DNA of 64,000 nt from the human T2T-CHM13v2.0 reference genome, Homo sapiens, in NCBI RefSeq assembly GCF_009914755.1, contig NC_060928.1; one strand, given 5' to 3'. Made by a program: the position numbers and the translations under genes. The stretch's first letter is position 1. Each line of letters opens with the position of its first letter. Below are positions 1-11,886 of this stretch, in pieces. The notes under the pieces were generated by a model. The model searched no databases. It saw nothing but the letters and a program-made list of their open reading frames with translations, and was not told the origin of the DNA.

Positions 1-333
<333 letters not shown>

Positions 334-526
334 TAGATAGGTTTGATTTTTAAAAACACCTTTTTGATCACAGTCTATGCACTGTGATATGAAAAAAAGT
401 ATTAATACAATGATTATCTGAAATTTACAGCTAGTCTTTCCTTTAGTTTCACAGGTATGTTCAACGTTTTATCTCACTTGAGTTCTTTCCCAAGATTATC
501 TGGAAAGTAAGGCAAAAATAAATAAA

Positions 527-566
527 TCATATTGAATCAACCTTCCTCATATTGAATCCACCTTCT
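527..566. repeat. 20-bp tandem duplication
   Basis: TCATATTGAATC(A/C)ACCTTC(C/T) twice. Confidence 0.9.
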
Positions 567-1679
567 TGTATTGGTTTATATATGATGTTTCAGTAGATGT
601 AAAAGTTTGAAAAAAAAAACAAGATTAAACTAAACTTATCTCAGAATCCTTCGTGTTTGATTACTTCAATGCATAGCAAGATTTATGTACTGCAAAAAAA
701 AAAAAGAAATGGAAAGAAAGCAATGGCAAGCCTGTGGGGTTACTCTTTTGTCACACTGGCACTAGTTTGGCTTCTTTTGGCTATTCTTATGCCAAGGAGG
801 CAATAAACCCCCTTGAGAGTCATAGAGCTGCCCGCGGAGCCCTGACCCTGCGGAGAAGCTTTTATGCCAACATACAATACACAAAGGGATCATAAACACG
901 TTTGAAAACGAAGATGACCTCTTTGTCACTTGGCATTAGGCTTTATTGCAAGCTGCTGCCATGGAAACCAGCCCCCAGCTCTCTCCATATTTTAAGGCTT
1001 CCTGTTTCCATTTTACGTGGACTTCAGCACCTTTATTTAATCCTTTCTACATCAAATAAGATAGGTGAAAGGTTTTGGTTCTTTGCTCCATTGTTTAACG
1101 TCTCCACGTATGCCTTTAGTTATGGAGCAAAAAGGACTGTAAGTGGAATCGACGATTTGAGTGCAGATGGAAACAAAGAGAAGGTGATAATGGAATCAAT
1201 AGAAAGAAATGGAGATAAACATTGGTGACACAACCTGCTGTACAATTCGACAAGATCTATCAGAGAAGATATACACTCCGTATTGAATATTTAAAAAGCC
1301 AGCTGCAGTCCAAACAGGCTACTCTAGGAGATGTGTCCTTTGGAAATAACTTTAACATGTTGCCTCTTGATTTCTTGCACGGCTGGACTTCCATGTGCAG
1401 TAAGTAGAGTCTGCCAGGTAACACGAATCTAAACAGCTGCCCCCAAAGTCGAGCCTTAAAAATATGTTTCCATTGGGAGGAACTGTGGATCCTGGGTTCT
1501 TTTATTTCCTAAGAAATATGTAACTTTTGTTTTGTAAGAAAGTGAATATGCAGAAAACCGAATGCTTATATAGTTACAGCCTTGAAAAGTAAAAGCAAAG
1601 ATAACCAAGTAAAAAGAGAATTCACGATGAGCTAACTACCGCTGAAGCTCTGCGATCCAAAAGCTGCTGGGACATCTGA

Positions 1680-3800
1680 AGAATGGCCTGGGGTCAGTTC
1701 GGTGAGATGCGGGGCCGAGGAGGAGAAGGAGTGGGACCGTGGGCGTGCAGGTGTTTCAAGGATCCTCCTCCTTTCCCCCTTCCATCTCTGATTCCATCTC
1801 CAATTTGGATCCCGGGAGGCCGAGCATCTCTCACGCGGTTGACACCTCTCCAGGCTGGAGCGCGAAGCCGGCGCCTGCCCGGGTAATCAGGGAGGCCTGG
1901 CCTTTCACGCGGTGTTCTCAGTCAGTAATCCAAGTTGGCATTTCCCCCTTCGCGCTCTGAGCAGCTGGAGAAGCAGAGAATGCTAGCGAAAGCAGACAGA
2001 ACCACCCCTGTCTCCCCTCCCCCGACCCTGGCACCGAGAGGGGGAAAAAAGTCGTTTGTTGTAACGCACACACCATCAGGATTCTTCCCCATTCCATCCT
2101 CCCGACTCACGCCACCTTGCAGGGAAATAATAGGTCCGGCCACACTGGCTTTCGCGTTCTGCTTTCCGGATGACTGAATTTCTTTGCTCGCCTCTCCTGT
2201 CGGGGACCATCTGAAACTGCCTCCAAGCTGCGTTCCCAGGGAACCCCCCAACCCCCACTCATTCCACTCGGGGACTAAAGAGCGACTCACTTCAACGTCC
2301 TCCATAAGATGAACCCCATCCCGGCTGGAAAAATCAAACTGGGGAAGGAAAAACGCGTTGGGGGCAAGGAGAACCGCTCCTGCAGACCTGGCCCCTCCTT
2401 GGCCCTAGGGGACCCCTGCCGATGCCCACTCGGTGCCACGTGGGGCGGCCCCAAGGGAGATGCACCATCCCCCAAACCAAGCGCTTTGGAAAAGAAACTG
2501 CAGAGAATAATAAGAAGCATGGGGGGGGGGGCGGGGGGCGGGGTGTGTCCGTGGAGTGATGAGAAAGCTGGTCTTTCATCCCTCCTTTTTTGGACATTCC
2601 TTAAGTTTAATCATTAAAGTGGTCCTTAAAAAAGAAGGCAGCAGCTTAACGCTGCTATTTCTGACAATCTGCCCCACACACTGTCAGCGAAGTGAAAGAT
2701 CTGGATCTAGCTTTGTTGCTTCGCTACCAATAGCAGACTTGGGGAGACCAAACCTCCGATTTCTGGCCACATCAAAGCACTGATTATGCAAATACCCATT
2801 TTTTTTAAGAATAAAAGAAAATGGAGGGGGAATTATTTATCACACAATGAACCCCCTGCCAGGGCAGGAAACAATAGATCAGACCAGATAGCCCTTCTAG
2901 CCCCAGGCTGGGGGAGCGAGAAAGGGGGGTATTGGAGCCCTCACGTTTTATTGGTCTAACCTAATTTCACTAATTCTCTTTTCACACATTTCTTTTGCAG
3001 ATTCGGAGGCCGGGACTTTCACGCTCCCGGGAGCGCACTGCATTGGCGCGATTCAAGAGCTGCCCGCTTTATTTAATTAATACATTCAAAGCTCGCTTGG
3101 GAGCCCGAGGGGGCTCGGGGAAGACCGAGGCTGGCGGTGAGGAGGAGGCGCTTTTAACCGGTTCCAGGTGTCGGTGCCCAGAAGTCACAACCAGCTCAAG
3201 GGTGTGCAATGCAGGGGGGTGTACCCAGCGGGTGGGGGCGCCGCAGCTCCCAGCCTCGCCCTCAAGCCCGGCCCTTTAGCAGCCTGTGACCCAGACTGGC
3301 GGGTGGGCAGCTGAAGCCGGCCTTGGGTCTAAACGCCCTTCCTGGGCCATCGGACTAGGCTTTGGGAAGTGCCGAATGGGTCCTTCCTCCCTCCTGGCCA
3401 AAGCCGCCCAGGGCCTTCGCCTCAGCTGGGACACCAGGAGCGCCCATCCGGCTCTGGTCCAGGTGCTGCGGGCCCGGGAAGCCTCAGCCCCTCCTCCTGC
3501 CTCCGGCTGAGCCTAGGTCCGGCTCCCGTGGCGGGCCCAGCGGTTGGCAGTCCGCCTCTCTACTTTTTTTTTCCTCCTTCTTGGCACTCAGATGGATGTA
3601 TTTAAAATCTAGTGAAGGAAAAATGAGCCGTAACAAGGCCTGAGCACTTTAGAACAAATAAATACAGCCAGTCCCGGAACGCCGGCCGCGCTAAAGCGAC
3701 GCTCCAATGAGAACAGGACCCACCTTCGCGCCTCTCCGCACTTAGGAAAACGCGCCGCAGCGCGCTAGCTGGCGTTGGAAAGATCTAGCAACACTGAGAG
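1680..3800. promoter_or_regulatory. CpG-rich downstream region containing a candidate neural enhancer (2600-2900)
   Basis: CpG-rich and repeat-free; SOX (CTTTGTT 2711, AACAATAG 2870), TCF/LEF (ACATCAAAG 2769) and octamer (ATGCAAAT 2786) motifs. Confidence 0.55.
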
Positions 3801-5849
3801 TCTGTGTCTGTTACCGGAAGAAAATCTCCACAGCGTTGTTTGAAGTGTCTCTCACCAGAGCCACCAGAAATAAAATGGCGTGGCTCCGAGGCCTGCAAAC
3901 CTACTTGGTGCACACAGATGCAGCTCATCACAGCGCGGTCACAATGTCGGGAGGGAAATGAATAAAATGGAAATACTACCTTGTTGCCTACTGCAGAAGC
4001 AGCGGCTTTGACCCTCTAATTGTACTCATTCCTACTAGGAAGGGAAGAGAACGACTGGGCCTCAGGCCACCGGCTGTGAAGGTTGCAACGGATTAGGGGA
4101 GAGAATCTCGGCGCTGAGGCAGTCAGAACACCATTCTTACCCGCTTAAGATGATTAGATGCCATAAAAAATAATTGCGCCAATTTAGTGTAAAATAAGGT
4201 GTGTTCTAGATGGGGAAGGGAAAGCCTGAGTGTGAATTGCAAATGGCAGATGAAAGCCCGGGCACTTAGGATATATCTGCTTGTGTGTAATGGGGACCTG
4301 CAAGCTCCAGCTTTGAGAACTTGAACAAGACTCTGGACCTGGAAGAAGTGTGTAGAGTCCGCTAGGTCAAGAGTGAAGTCTGTATTAGCTGTATTAGTCT
4401 TGCTCAGAGCTAGGATTATTGAATCATCTATCCATCCCTGCCTCTCCACCTTAGCCATTAGGGTCATCTTTTTATGGGATGGCTTCACCAATTGAGAAGG
4501 TTTCCCATAGTTGGAGGAGTAGCTGCATCTGAGATTTTGTCATGAACTATTTCTTTGGCAAGTTTCCAAAAGAAGCACCATGTATCATCAAATGTATCAC
4601 CAGAAGAAGCATTGTTCAGCACCAAAACTGATGTTTTCAAACTATCATATTACAATTCCTTTGCTTGCTGGCTTGGCTTTTTAAACATTAGAAACATAAA
4701 TGTGAATATAAGAGAAATATCACTTTCTCCCCATGTCAGATAATCAAAGAGCAGCTAAGAGTAACACAATCTTTAAATTAAAAGGGATTTACCAAAAGGT
4801 ATCTCATGCTTGGCTATAAAAAATGAAACAAAAACCCTGAGTTAGTTCTTCCTTTGATTAAAATGGAGTTATTAGAGAGGAGTGGTTTCAGATAGACACC
4901 TCAGGAGAAATTATTATTGCATTGTGCAGAAGAGTGGAGTATTTAGCCCAAACCAGATGCAGGTAAGACATTCGTGGGGAGGTGGGTGCTGTGAACGACC
5001 AAGTTTTAATGTGATATTTTTTAGCTTGTGTTGTCATAGACACTCTTCCCCAAGGGGATTAAGCATAGAATGTGGTCAACCTTCATTTGGTCATTTTTGA
5101 CCCAAAGCCAATCAAAGGTCATTCATTTCTGCTTTGGAGATTGAGGTGCAAGTTAAACCATTTTTGCTTTCTCTTTGAAGAAGTTTTGACTATGTAATTG
5201 CTTTAACAAATATTGGGAAAGCGGAGCTATTTCTGTATATATTTTCAATTCCAGTTCACTCTAAATATCTGCTTTATTCTGGGAGTCTGCTTTTAAAAGC
5301 AACTAGCTTGTTAAAATGCCTAATAGGAAATCTGCTTCTAATAATGAATTTATACGTACTGTTACATCACAGATGTTAGAGCTGGAAAGGGAGCACCCTT
5401 GGAGGTCATGTCCAATCCCTTCAGTTTACAGATGAGAATTGAAGCCAAACGAGTTGCACAAAAAACAAATTTCTACACACTCCACCAAGAAATTTCAACT
5501 TCACTTTTTTTCAAATCAAGGTTTTCTGAACTTTGGAGCTTATCATGACTTAATTATCATTTAAATTCTTCTCCCCTTTTTTGCTTATCTTGTTTGCTCA
5601 GAAATTTATTTCTTAGAAATAAATTGTGTGTTTATCTTAAAAATAGAAAGTTACACTCTTATTTTCAATATTAGTGTCTCAAATATGATTCAGCTTTTTG
5701 TGATTTCTTAGTGATATTCTACACAAAGCATTGCCCAAAAATACAAGTACTATATTCAATTTGACATGGGAAGAATTTCAAAAAAACACAACTCATTTGG
5801 CATCTAAAAATCACATAAGCAAGAAAAAGGTAGAATACAACACACAAAC

Positions 5850-6990
5850 TTATGAAAATTAGATAGTTTATTTATAGTTTAATCACAAGAACAACTTTCT
5901 TGTTCTTCAAGATGTAAATACATACTAGAATAAACTCTGTAGAATATACAAAAAATACATATTTTCCCATGAAAAATTTCTTTATAATAAATAGAAGGGA
6001 ACACGTGTGTGGCTGATCCGGATAATGCTCCGTGTCTGCTTAGGTTTTCAGACTGTTGATTTATTTTTAATCTCTTGAAAGAATGGGGGAGTTCCTTCTC
6101 CCCTAAAAGGTCGAAATAAATAATACATGAGGCAATCCTCCCTCCTGATTTTTCCCTTTTCCTCCACATTTTTCCTTTTGATAGAGAGTTCAGCCTAAAT
6201 TTCCACGCTTGCATTCAATCATTACAAAGCCTACAAATTATACAATGACTTCTAACCTGCCCCTCTAACAAAACAAGTTTTTTTCCCCTTATAAATCATA
6301 AGAGACAGATGGCAAAATGGGGAAGAAAAAGGAAAGAGAAGGACAGGACAATAGGCATTGTGACGAATCTGGGAAACAGAACAAAGTGCACATCAGAGAG
6401 GGAAGTTTGGTTTGACAGGTGAAATTCCCACAGCCTGCAGACAGCAATGGGAATAAAGCAGATGCCAGCCATTGCAAATCTGTGGATAATATTATTACCA
6501 GCAAAATCATTCAGATGCTAAGATACATTTCTTTCTACTCGACATTAACATCTCTATGTAGAAGCAAAGGTGAAGAGATCACAGGAACCAGTTGCATTCC
6601 CCCTGTGAGATTCACACGAACTGCACCAAGTCCTTCGGCGTTAAAGAGAAAGGGGAGGAGCGTCAGTCCGCTCTGCAAACTCTTTAGATATGCCACCATC
6701 ATCTCTTCCCAGGGTCTTTTTCGTCTCAAGAAGCGCCCCCAAAACGCCACCCTTGGCTTTGACAATAAGCTCCATCACACCTTCAGTAAATCAGAGCCCG
6801 TCTGAATGAAGGATACCCAAAGCCAAGAAATGCAAGAAACAACCGAGGAATCAGAAAGGCTACACCTGCCCTGTGAAGTGAGATGGTTTCCAGGGCGTGG
6901 AAAGGAGGGGCAGGGGAAGGGAGGAGGGCTCGACTGGGGACAGGAAAGGGAACCCACTAAGGCCTGGCGTGGGTAGCAGAAATGGCAGCT
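5850..6990 (-). other. NEUROG2: NEUROG2 3' UTR
   Basis: Follows the stop codon; AATAAA on minus strand at 5867-5872 with GU/U-rich sequence downstream. Confidence 0.8.
5867..5872 (-). terminator. NEUROG2 polyadenylation signal AATAAA
   Basis: tttatt on plus strand; downstream minus-strand GTTTGTGTGTTGT GU-rich element. Confidence 0.75.
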
Positions 6991-7809
6991 CTAGATACAA
7001 TCCCTGGCTATGGGGAGGTGAGGTGCATAGCGGTGCTTGTCGGGAGGTGGGGGCTGCCAATAGTCCATGTCTGACCCGGCCGGGCTGGCGGGCGATAAAG
7101 TGCAGCTGTAGGGGGAGGTGGAATTGGAGGACACGGAGGAGGACGGCGCGGGGCTGTTGGTGCAACTCCACGTGGAGGCGGGCGAGGGGCTGTCTCCGCT
7201 GCTGCTCAGGGCGGCGCTGGCTCCTCCCGGGCTCAGCAACACTGCCTCGGAGAAGAGCGCCCCCGGCAGGCCCCCGCCGCCGCCCCCGCAGTGATCCGCC
7301 AGGCGCAGGGTCTCGGTGAGTGCCCAGATGTAGTTGTGGGCGAAGCGCAGGGTCTCGATCTTGGTGAGCTTGGCGTCCTCGGGGAACGTGGGGAGCACCT
7401 CGCGCAGCGCGTCCAGTGCCGCGTTGAGGTTGTGCATGCGGTTTCGCTCGCGGTTGTTGGCCTTCAGTCTACGGGTCTTCTTGATGCGCTGCACCGTCTC
7501 GGCCGTCTTGGCGCCTCGGGAGACGGCCCGCGCCCGGGAAGGGCGCCGTTTGCAATCGTGTACCAGACCCAGCAGCCGTGCGGGCCGGCAGCCCTCCGCA
7601 CCCGCAGCCACGCCGCCCCGCGCCCCCTGCCCGGCCTCAGCCCCGCGCTGCCGACGCGCCCCGCCTGACGCGCCCGGCTCCTCCTCCTCTTCTTCGTCGG
7701 CGCTGGATGACAGCGGGGTCAGGGCCGCCAAGGCGGGGGAGGCCGATCCGAGCAGCACTAACACGTCCTCTTCCTCCTTCAACTCCAAGGTCTCGGATTT
7801 GACGAACAT
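6991..7809 (-). CDS. NEUROG2: Neurogenin-2, proneural bHLH transcription factor (272 aa), entire CDS in exon 2
   Basis: [18 protein letters not shown]... with atonal/neurogenin b[55 protein letters not shown] and Ser-Pro-rich C-terminus ending PIARDCI; ATG lies 1 nt after a splice acceptor. Confidence 0.99.
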   Translation of the reverse strand: MFVKSETLELKEEEDVLVLLGSASPALAALTPLSSSADEEEEEEPGASGGARRQRGAEAGQGARGGVAAGAEGCRPARLLGLVHDCKRRPSRARAVSRGAKTAETVQRIKKTRRLKANNRERNRMHNLNAALDALREVLPTFPEDAKLTKIETLRFAHNYIWALTETLRLADHCGGGGGGLPGALFSEAVLLSPGGASAALSSSGDSPSPASTWSCTNSPAPSSSVSSNSTSPYSCTLSPASPAGSDMDYWQPPPPDKHRYAPHLPIARDCI

Positions 7810-7810
7810 C

Positions 7811-8180
7811 CTACCGAAGAGAGAAAGGGGAAAAAGGCAGTGAGGTGTAAGGAAAGAAACAGAGGCGCGATCTTCGTGTCACAGGGGCGTGCTCCGGCGC
7901 GCACCCGAGAAGACCAGCTCCGAATGGCGCGGAGCAGGAAGGCGAAGGAAGAAACCCAGGCAGTGCTAACCAAGGTCAGGAGCGCCGCTAGCGCTCGCTG
8001 TGACCCTGCTGCCAGTCAGCCGGGTCCTGCCCTCCGCGGGCGGTCCTGCGTTCCCTCCCCGAGAAGGGACTGCGGCCTCCGCGACAAAGATTCTGCGCGG
8101 AGCAGAGGGCGTGCGTGTGTGGTTGGACTGAGTGCGGGGAAACCACCTGCGTAGTTGGAAGCGGTGGCTCGAATACTTAC
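7811..8180 (-). other. NEUROG2: NEUROG2 intron 1 (370 nt)
   Basis: GTAAGT donor; CTCAC branch-point-like motif near 7840; pyrimidine tract then TAG acceptor at 7812-7811. Confidence 0.88.
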
Positions 8181-8506
8181 TTAGTTGGCTCTAACTGTGC
8201 CTCAGCGTTGCTGTGACTTTGGCCTGTGCCGGGAATCTCCGCGCAGCTGCGAGCGCAGCGCCGGGTCCTTCGCCCGGCGTGAAAGCTGCAAGCCCGGCGC
8301 TACTGTGGCGCAGCTCCGCGGGGGACCTCTGCGACCGGCGAGTTTGCCAAGAGCCCCGGCGGCGGCGGCGGCGGCCCGCCCGGGTCTCGTGTGTTGTGGT
8401 GGTGGTGCGTGTCTGTCTGTCAGTCAGTCCCTGGCCGTGCGGCTCCTGGCACGCGACTCCCAGGCACTCCAGTTAACGCGAAGCTGCTTGTGGTTCAGTG
8501 GCTGCG
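8181..8506 (-). other. NEUROG2: NEUROG2 non-coding exon 1 (5' UTR); TSS approximate
   Basis: Minus-strand donor CTAA|GTAAGT at 8180-8175; TATATAAG box ~30 nt upstream of 8506; no upstream ATG; (GCC)6 at 8358-8375. Confidence 0.85.
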
Positions 8507-8535
8507 TGTCTGGCACACGACTCTCCTTAAAACCC

Positions 8536-8543
8536 CTTATATA
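8536..8543 (-). promoter_or_regulatory. TATA box of NEUROG2
   Basis: Minus strand reads TATATAAG in a GC-rich context just upstream of exon 1. Confidence 0.8.
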
Positions 8544-8879
8544 CCACCAAGAAAACAATCAGATCTGCCCCGGGCCCCCTCCTCCCCCGCCACCGCCTCC
8601 TCCTCCTGTCAGTCCTGCCCCCCTTCTCCCCCGCTTTTCCCTCCTCTGGCTTATTCTTTTCATTGCATTATCATCATTCATTTCTTCCTCTTTCTTCACC
8701 GCCTTTCCCCCTCCCTTGGCCCTGCCATCCATCCTCCTCCTCCCACCACCCCCGCCTCTCTTTTCCCCCTTTATCTAATCAACATAAAATGGTTCTAAAG
8801 CTCCTGTTGGAGCTCCGGGCTGCGGCCGGAGCTGGCGAAGCCGCAGCGGCCGCAGAGGCTCAAGCTGCGGCTGTTGTCG

Positions 8880-9015
8880 CCGCCGCTGTCCATTGTGATT
8901 GGTGGCTCGCGCTCGGCTGGAGCGTGCCGCTAATTTATTAATGAATGGAGGTCGCGAGGCGCAGCTGGCCAATCAGGGCGCCCTGGACTCCGGGAGGCCT
9001 GCGAGCCACGCGCAC
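8880..9015. promoter_or_regulatory. NEUROG2 proximal promoter block (CCAAT boxes, SOX-like, homeodomain and class C sites)
   Basis: CATTGT and GATTGG near 8891-8902, CTAATTTATTAATGAATGG 8929-8948, CCAATC near 8969, CACGCG 9007-9012; an AT-rich motif island within a CpG island. Confidence 0.6.
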
Positions 9016-10628
9016 CGGAGCCCGCTCCCTTTCAGCAGCTCATTAGGGGCCCGAGCGCTGGGGGCGGATGGGGGGACCCGTGCTACCGCCCCCGCCTTCG
9101 TCCTCGCTGCCGCCGAGGCTCCCCCCGCCCGGCGCGCGCGCAGGCACCGCACCCGGCGCTGCCGGCCCTCCTAACTCCCGGGTGATGGGAACTAGGAATT
9201 AGTTAATGGGGGTCAGAATCCCGGGGAAAGCAGTTAGCCCTGTGGTGCTGCCGGGCGTCTCTTGGCAAAGCCTCTTAGGGGTTGTATCAAATAGTAAACG
9301 ATTTTAAAATGGATTCATTTGGTTAGGGGAGGAGAATGGCGTGGATGGAGAGATGTGGACACCTCGTGAACAAGTGTGTTTGGGGTCCGTCGAAACTGGC
9401 GTGGGAGAGTGAAGGGAGAGGACACTGGGGATTCAAACAGGCGTCTCTTGGGAGGGGAGGTCGGATAGGGGAGCAGTTGATGAGCTTTTAGAGGATGTGA
9501 GAATGAAATCACTCACATGTTAGAGCTGAAAGGATCCCCCTCATTTTACATACAGGAAACTGAGGCTCCGGGCACTGATGCAGGTTTTGCTGGGGTTAAC
9601 CCAGTTTATAGCCTGGAGGGACAGCAAGGAGGCTTCCTGCGTGGGTGGCAGCGAACCGAGCGGGAGGAGCGGCAGAGCTGCTGCTCCTGCAAGCAAATGC
9701 GCTGCGCTGACATTTCTGTGACCTCTGCTCCGCGCTGGGGGGCGTTGTAGGGACAAGGGGCCCATCTTCCCAATTCTGCTTTTCAATGAGAAAAAAGAGC
9801 TGAAGGGCTACTGGACCTCGGGGGAAACTTGTTCTCAATTGCTCGTTAGCCCTCCCCACTTTCCCCACGTTCATGCCCACCCTCTTGTCGACATGGGGAT
9901 GGATCCGGACTTCAGTAGACCGGAGTGGCGTCCCTTGAGATCCCCTTTGCAAATTAACTTTAGGCAAGGCACAGTTGGAGTGTTAGGAGTGGAAGAGTAG
10001 AAGGGAAAGAGAATGCTGTCTTCTGGTTTCTGTCTCCCTCAGTTTGTAGGACTTAGAAACAAGCTGTATTCCAAAGACGGGGTGGTTAAATTAGCTGTTA
10101 GTATTTTGGCATGGCTTTAATTTGTTTAATGTTTTCTTCAGGGAGGTAACAAGGAGGATTGGAAGGCACAAAGTAAAGAAAATGAAAATTAGAAACTTGT
10201 GAAAAGGAGCATTACCCATTGCAGTTCTTCAAACTTCAGACTTCCTTCTGTCTTGGAATTACTTGAAAACTATCATGATTTCCACTTTGCTCTTTGATGT
10301 TTGTGTTTTCATATTCTCCCTTTTTAAAGCAAATTCCCAAAATATAAAAGCATCATTTGCCAGTTTCCTCCTCGACTATTTTAGAACAGCTAAATTTCAT
10401 GTGTTAGAAGTGCAGAAATGAAAATGAAAGAAGAAAAGAGAGACACTTTCAATGTTTCTAGCACACAACACCTGCCTCTCACATATCTTTGGGTTTCTGT
10501 CTATCATGAACCTGCAGAATCAGAACCTCATAAAAAGTCTGACCAAGCAAAAATTATGCTAGAAGTGCTTACCTTTGTTGCTGTACACATGAGCGTTAAT
10601 TTATGGGCAATTATCACTGATACGAAAC

Positions 10629-10696
10629 AAGAAAATACTCTTCTCATAGTCCCCCTAAAAGAAAACACTCTTCTCATAGTCCTCCTAAAAGAAAAC
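10629..10696. repeat. 30-bp tandem repeat, about 2.3 copies
   Basis: AAGAAAA(T/C)ACTCTTCTCATAGTCC(C/T)CCTAA twice plus AAGAAAAC. Confidence 0.95.
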
Positions 10697-11635
10697 CTGC
10701 CAAGGATGTGGATGTGTCCAGTCCAGTAGGGACTGAAGGAACATGTGGGAGCAGACACAGAATTTGTTTGTAAATTTGAATAAAATATAAGGACAAGAAA
10801 GCTAGGTTCTGAGGAAATGATCAAGACTTTTAAAAACAAATACCTGAATGATAGGAGGAACCTTGGTTTTTCAGTCTTTAGATATCTATATCGCTTCACA
10901 GGAGTTGCCTGCAAAGAAATACAAGCCAAAATAGATTAATGTAATGAAAACAAAGGAAAATTTATTTTAGTGTCAGTGGAGATACCTGTCTTTGGACACG
11001 TTGCTTTAAACTTTTGGTTTAGCTAGGAAGTGCTGGGTTGATTTAATGATAAAATATATTTGGGGGAAGAACAGAATTGGAATCCAGTTAAGTAGAAGTA
11101 GAGACTTAAAGGGAAACTTGGTGAGCCTCATATAACCCCAAATAACAATGAGATCAAGCTGGGTTTGATGCTTAGTGCCAGTGAAACACACAATGGATTT
11201 CTTTAGTTGATTGTTAACAGTATTTGGACATCTGACTCTCCAGTTTTTTTATTCTCCCAGGATTTTATGTTTTTATGACTCACTGAAAGGGCACATGTTT
11301 TCCTGTGACAAAATCCAAACCTTCTATACTGTCTGTGAGTGATAAGTTAATAATGCATATTTAAGTATATCCTACACAGATGCTTAGTAATGGTAAAATT
11401 GTATTAAGGTAAACTACACACTTCCTATTCTGGAAGTTTCCTGCAAAAGGAAAAACTATTCCAACAATGTCAAGAAACTTAGGATTATGTACATATTCAA
11501 ACATTGCTATAAATCAATTTCTAATCACTAAACGTAAAGCCATCATCGGGTTTATAGAATTTTATTTTTTTTAATGAGGGCTTCTTTGGGCATATGCAGT
11601 GATGTATGTCCGATTACTATAAAAAGTACATCTGT

Positions 11636-11886
11636 AAATGAGAACACGTGGACACAGGGAGGGGAACATCACATACTGGGGCCTGCGGGGGTGGGGGGAA
11701 GAGGGCTGGGGGACAAGGGGAGGGAGAGCATTAGGACCAATACCTAATGCATGCAGGGACTTAAAATCTAGATTATGGGTTGATAGGTGCAGCAAACCGC
11801 CACAGCACATGTTGAAACAAACCTGCACATTCTGCACACGTATATCCCAGAACTTAAAATGTAAAAAAAAGTATAAAACAATTTTT
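11636..11886 (+). mobile_element. 5'-truncated L1PA (L1PA8-like) 3' UTR
   Basis: L1 3' UTR motifs; perfect TSD AAAAGTACATCTGT at 11622-11635 and 11887-11900. Confidence 0.9.

Larger units (their letters stand above)
6950..9200. other. CpG island over NEUROG2 gene body and promoter
   Basis: Very high GC content with undepleted CpG, judged by eye. Confidence 0.9.

Noticed and set aside
902-1407. ORFs 902-1228 and 1222-1407; similarly 28223-28579, 23487-23918 and 6419-6805
   Set aside because: No recognisable homology, non-ATG starts, no consistent splice or pseudogene signature
8358-8375. (GCC)6 in the NEUROG2 5' UTR as an expansion-prone repeat
   Set aside because: Only six units; ordinary for a CpG-island UTR
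6860-9174. Many 60-200 aa ORFs overlapping NEUROG2 and its promoter (e.g. 7334-7843+, 8185-8778+, poly-Ala 8663-8941+)
   Set aside because: Stop-codon scarcity in a CpG island; mostly non-ATG starts, low complexity, no recognisable domain
10629-10696. 30-bp repeats as a CRISPR-like array
   Set aside because: Adjacent units without spacers, in mammalian DNA with no cas genes
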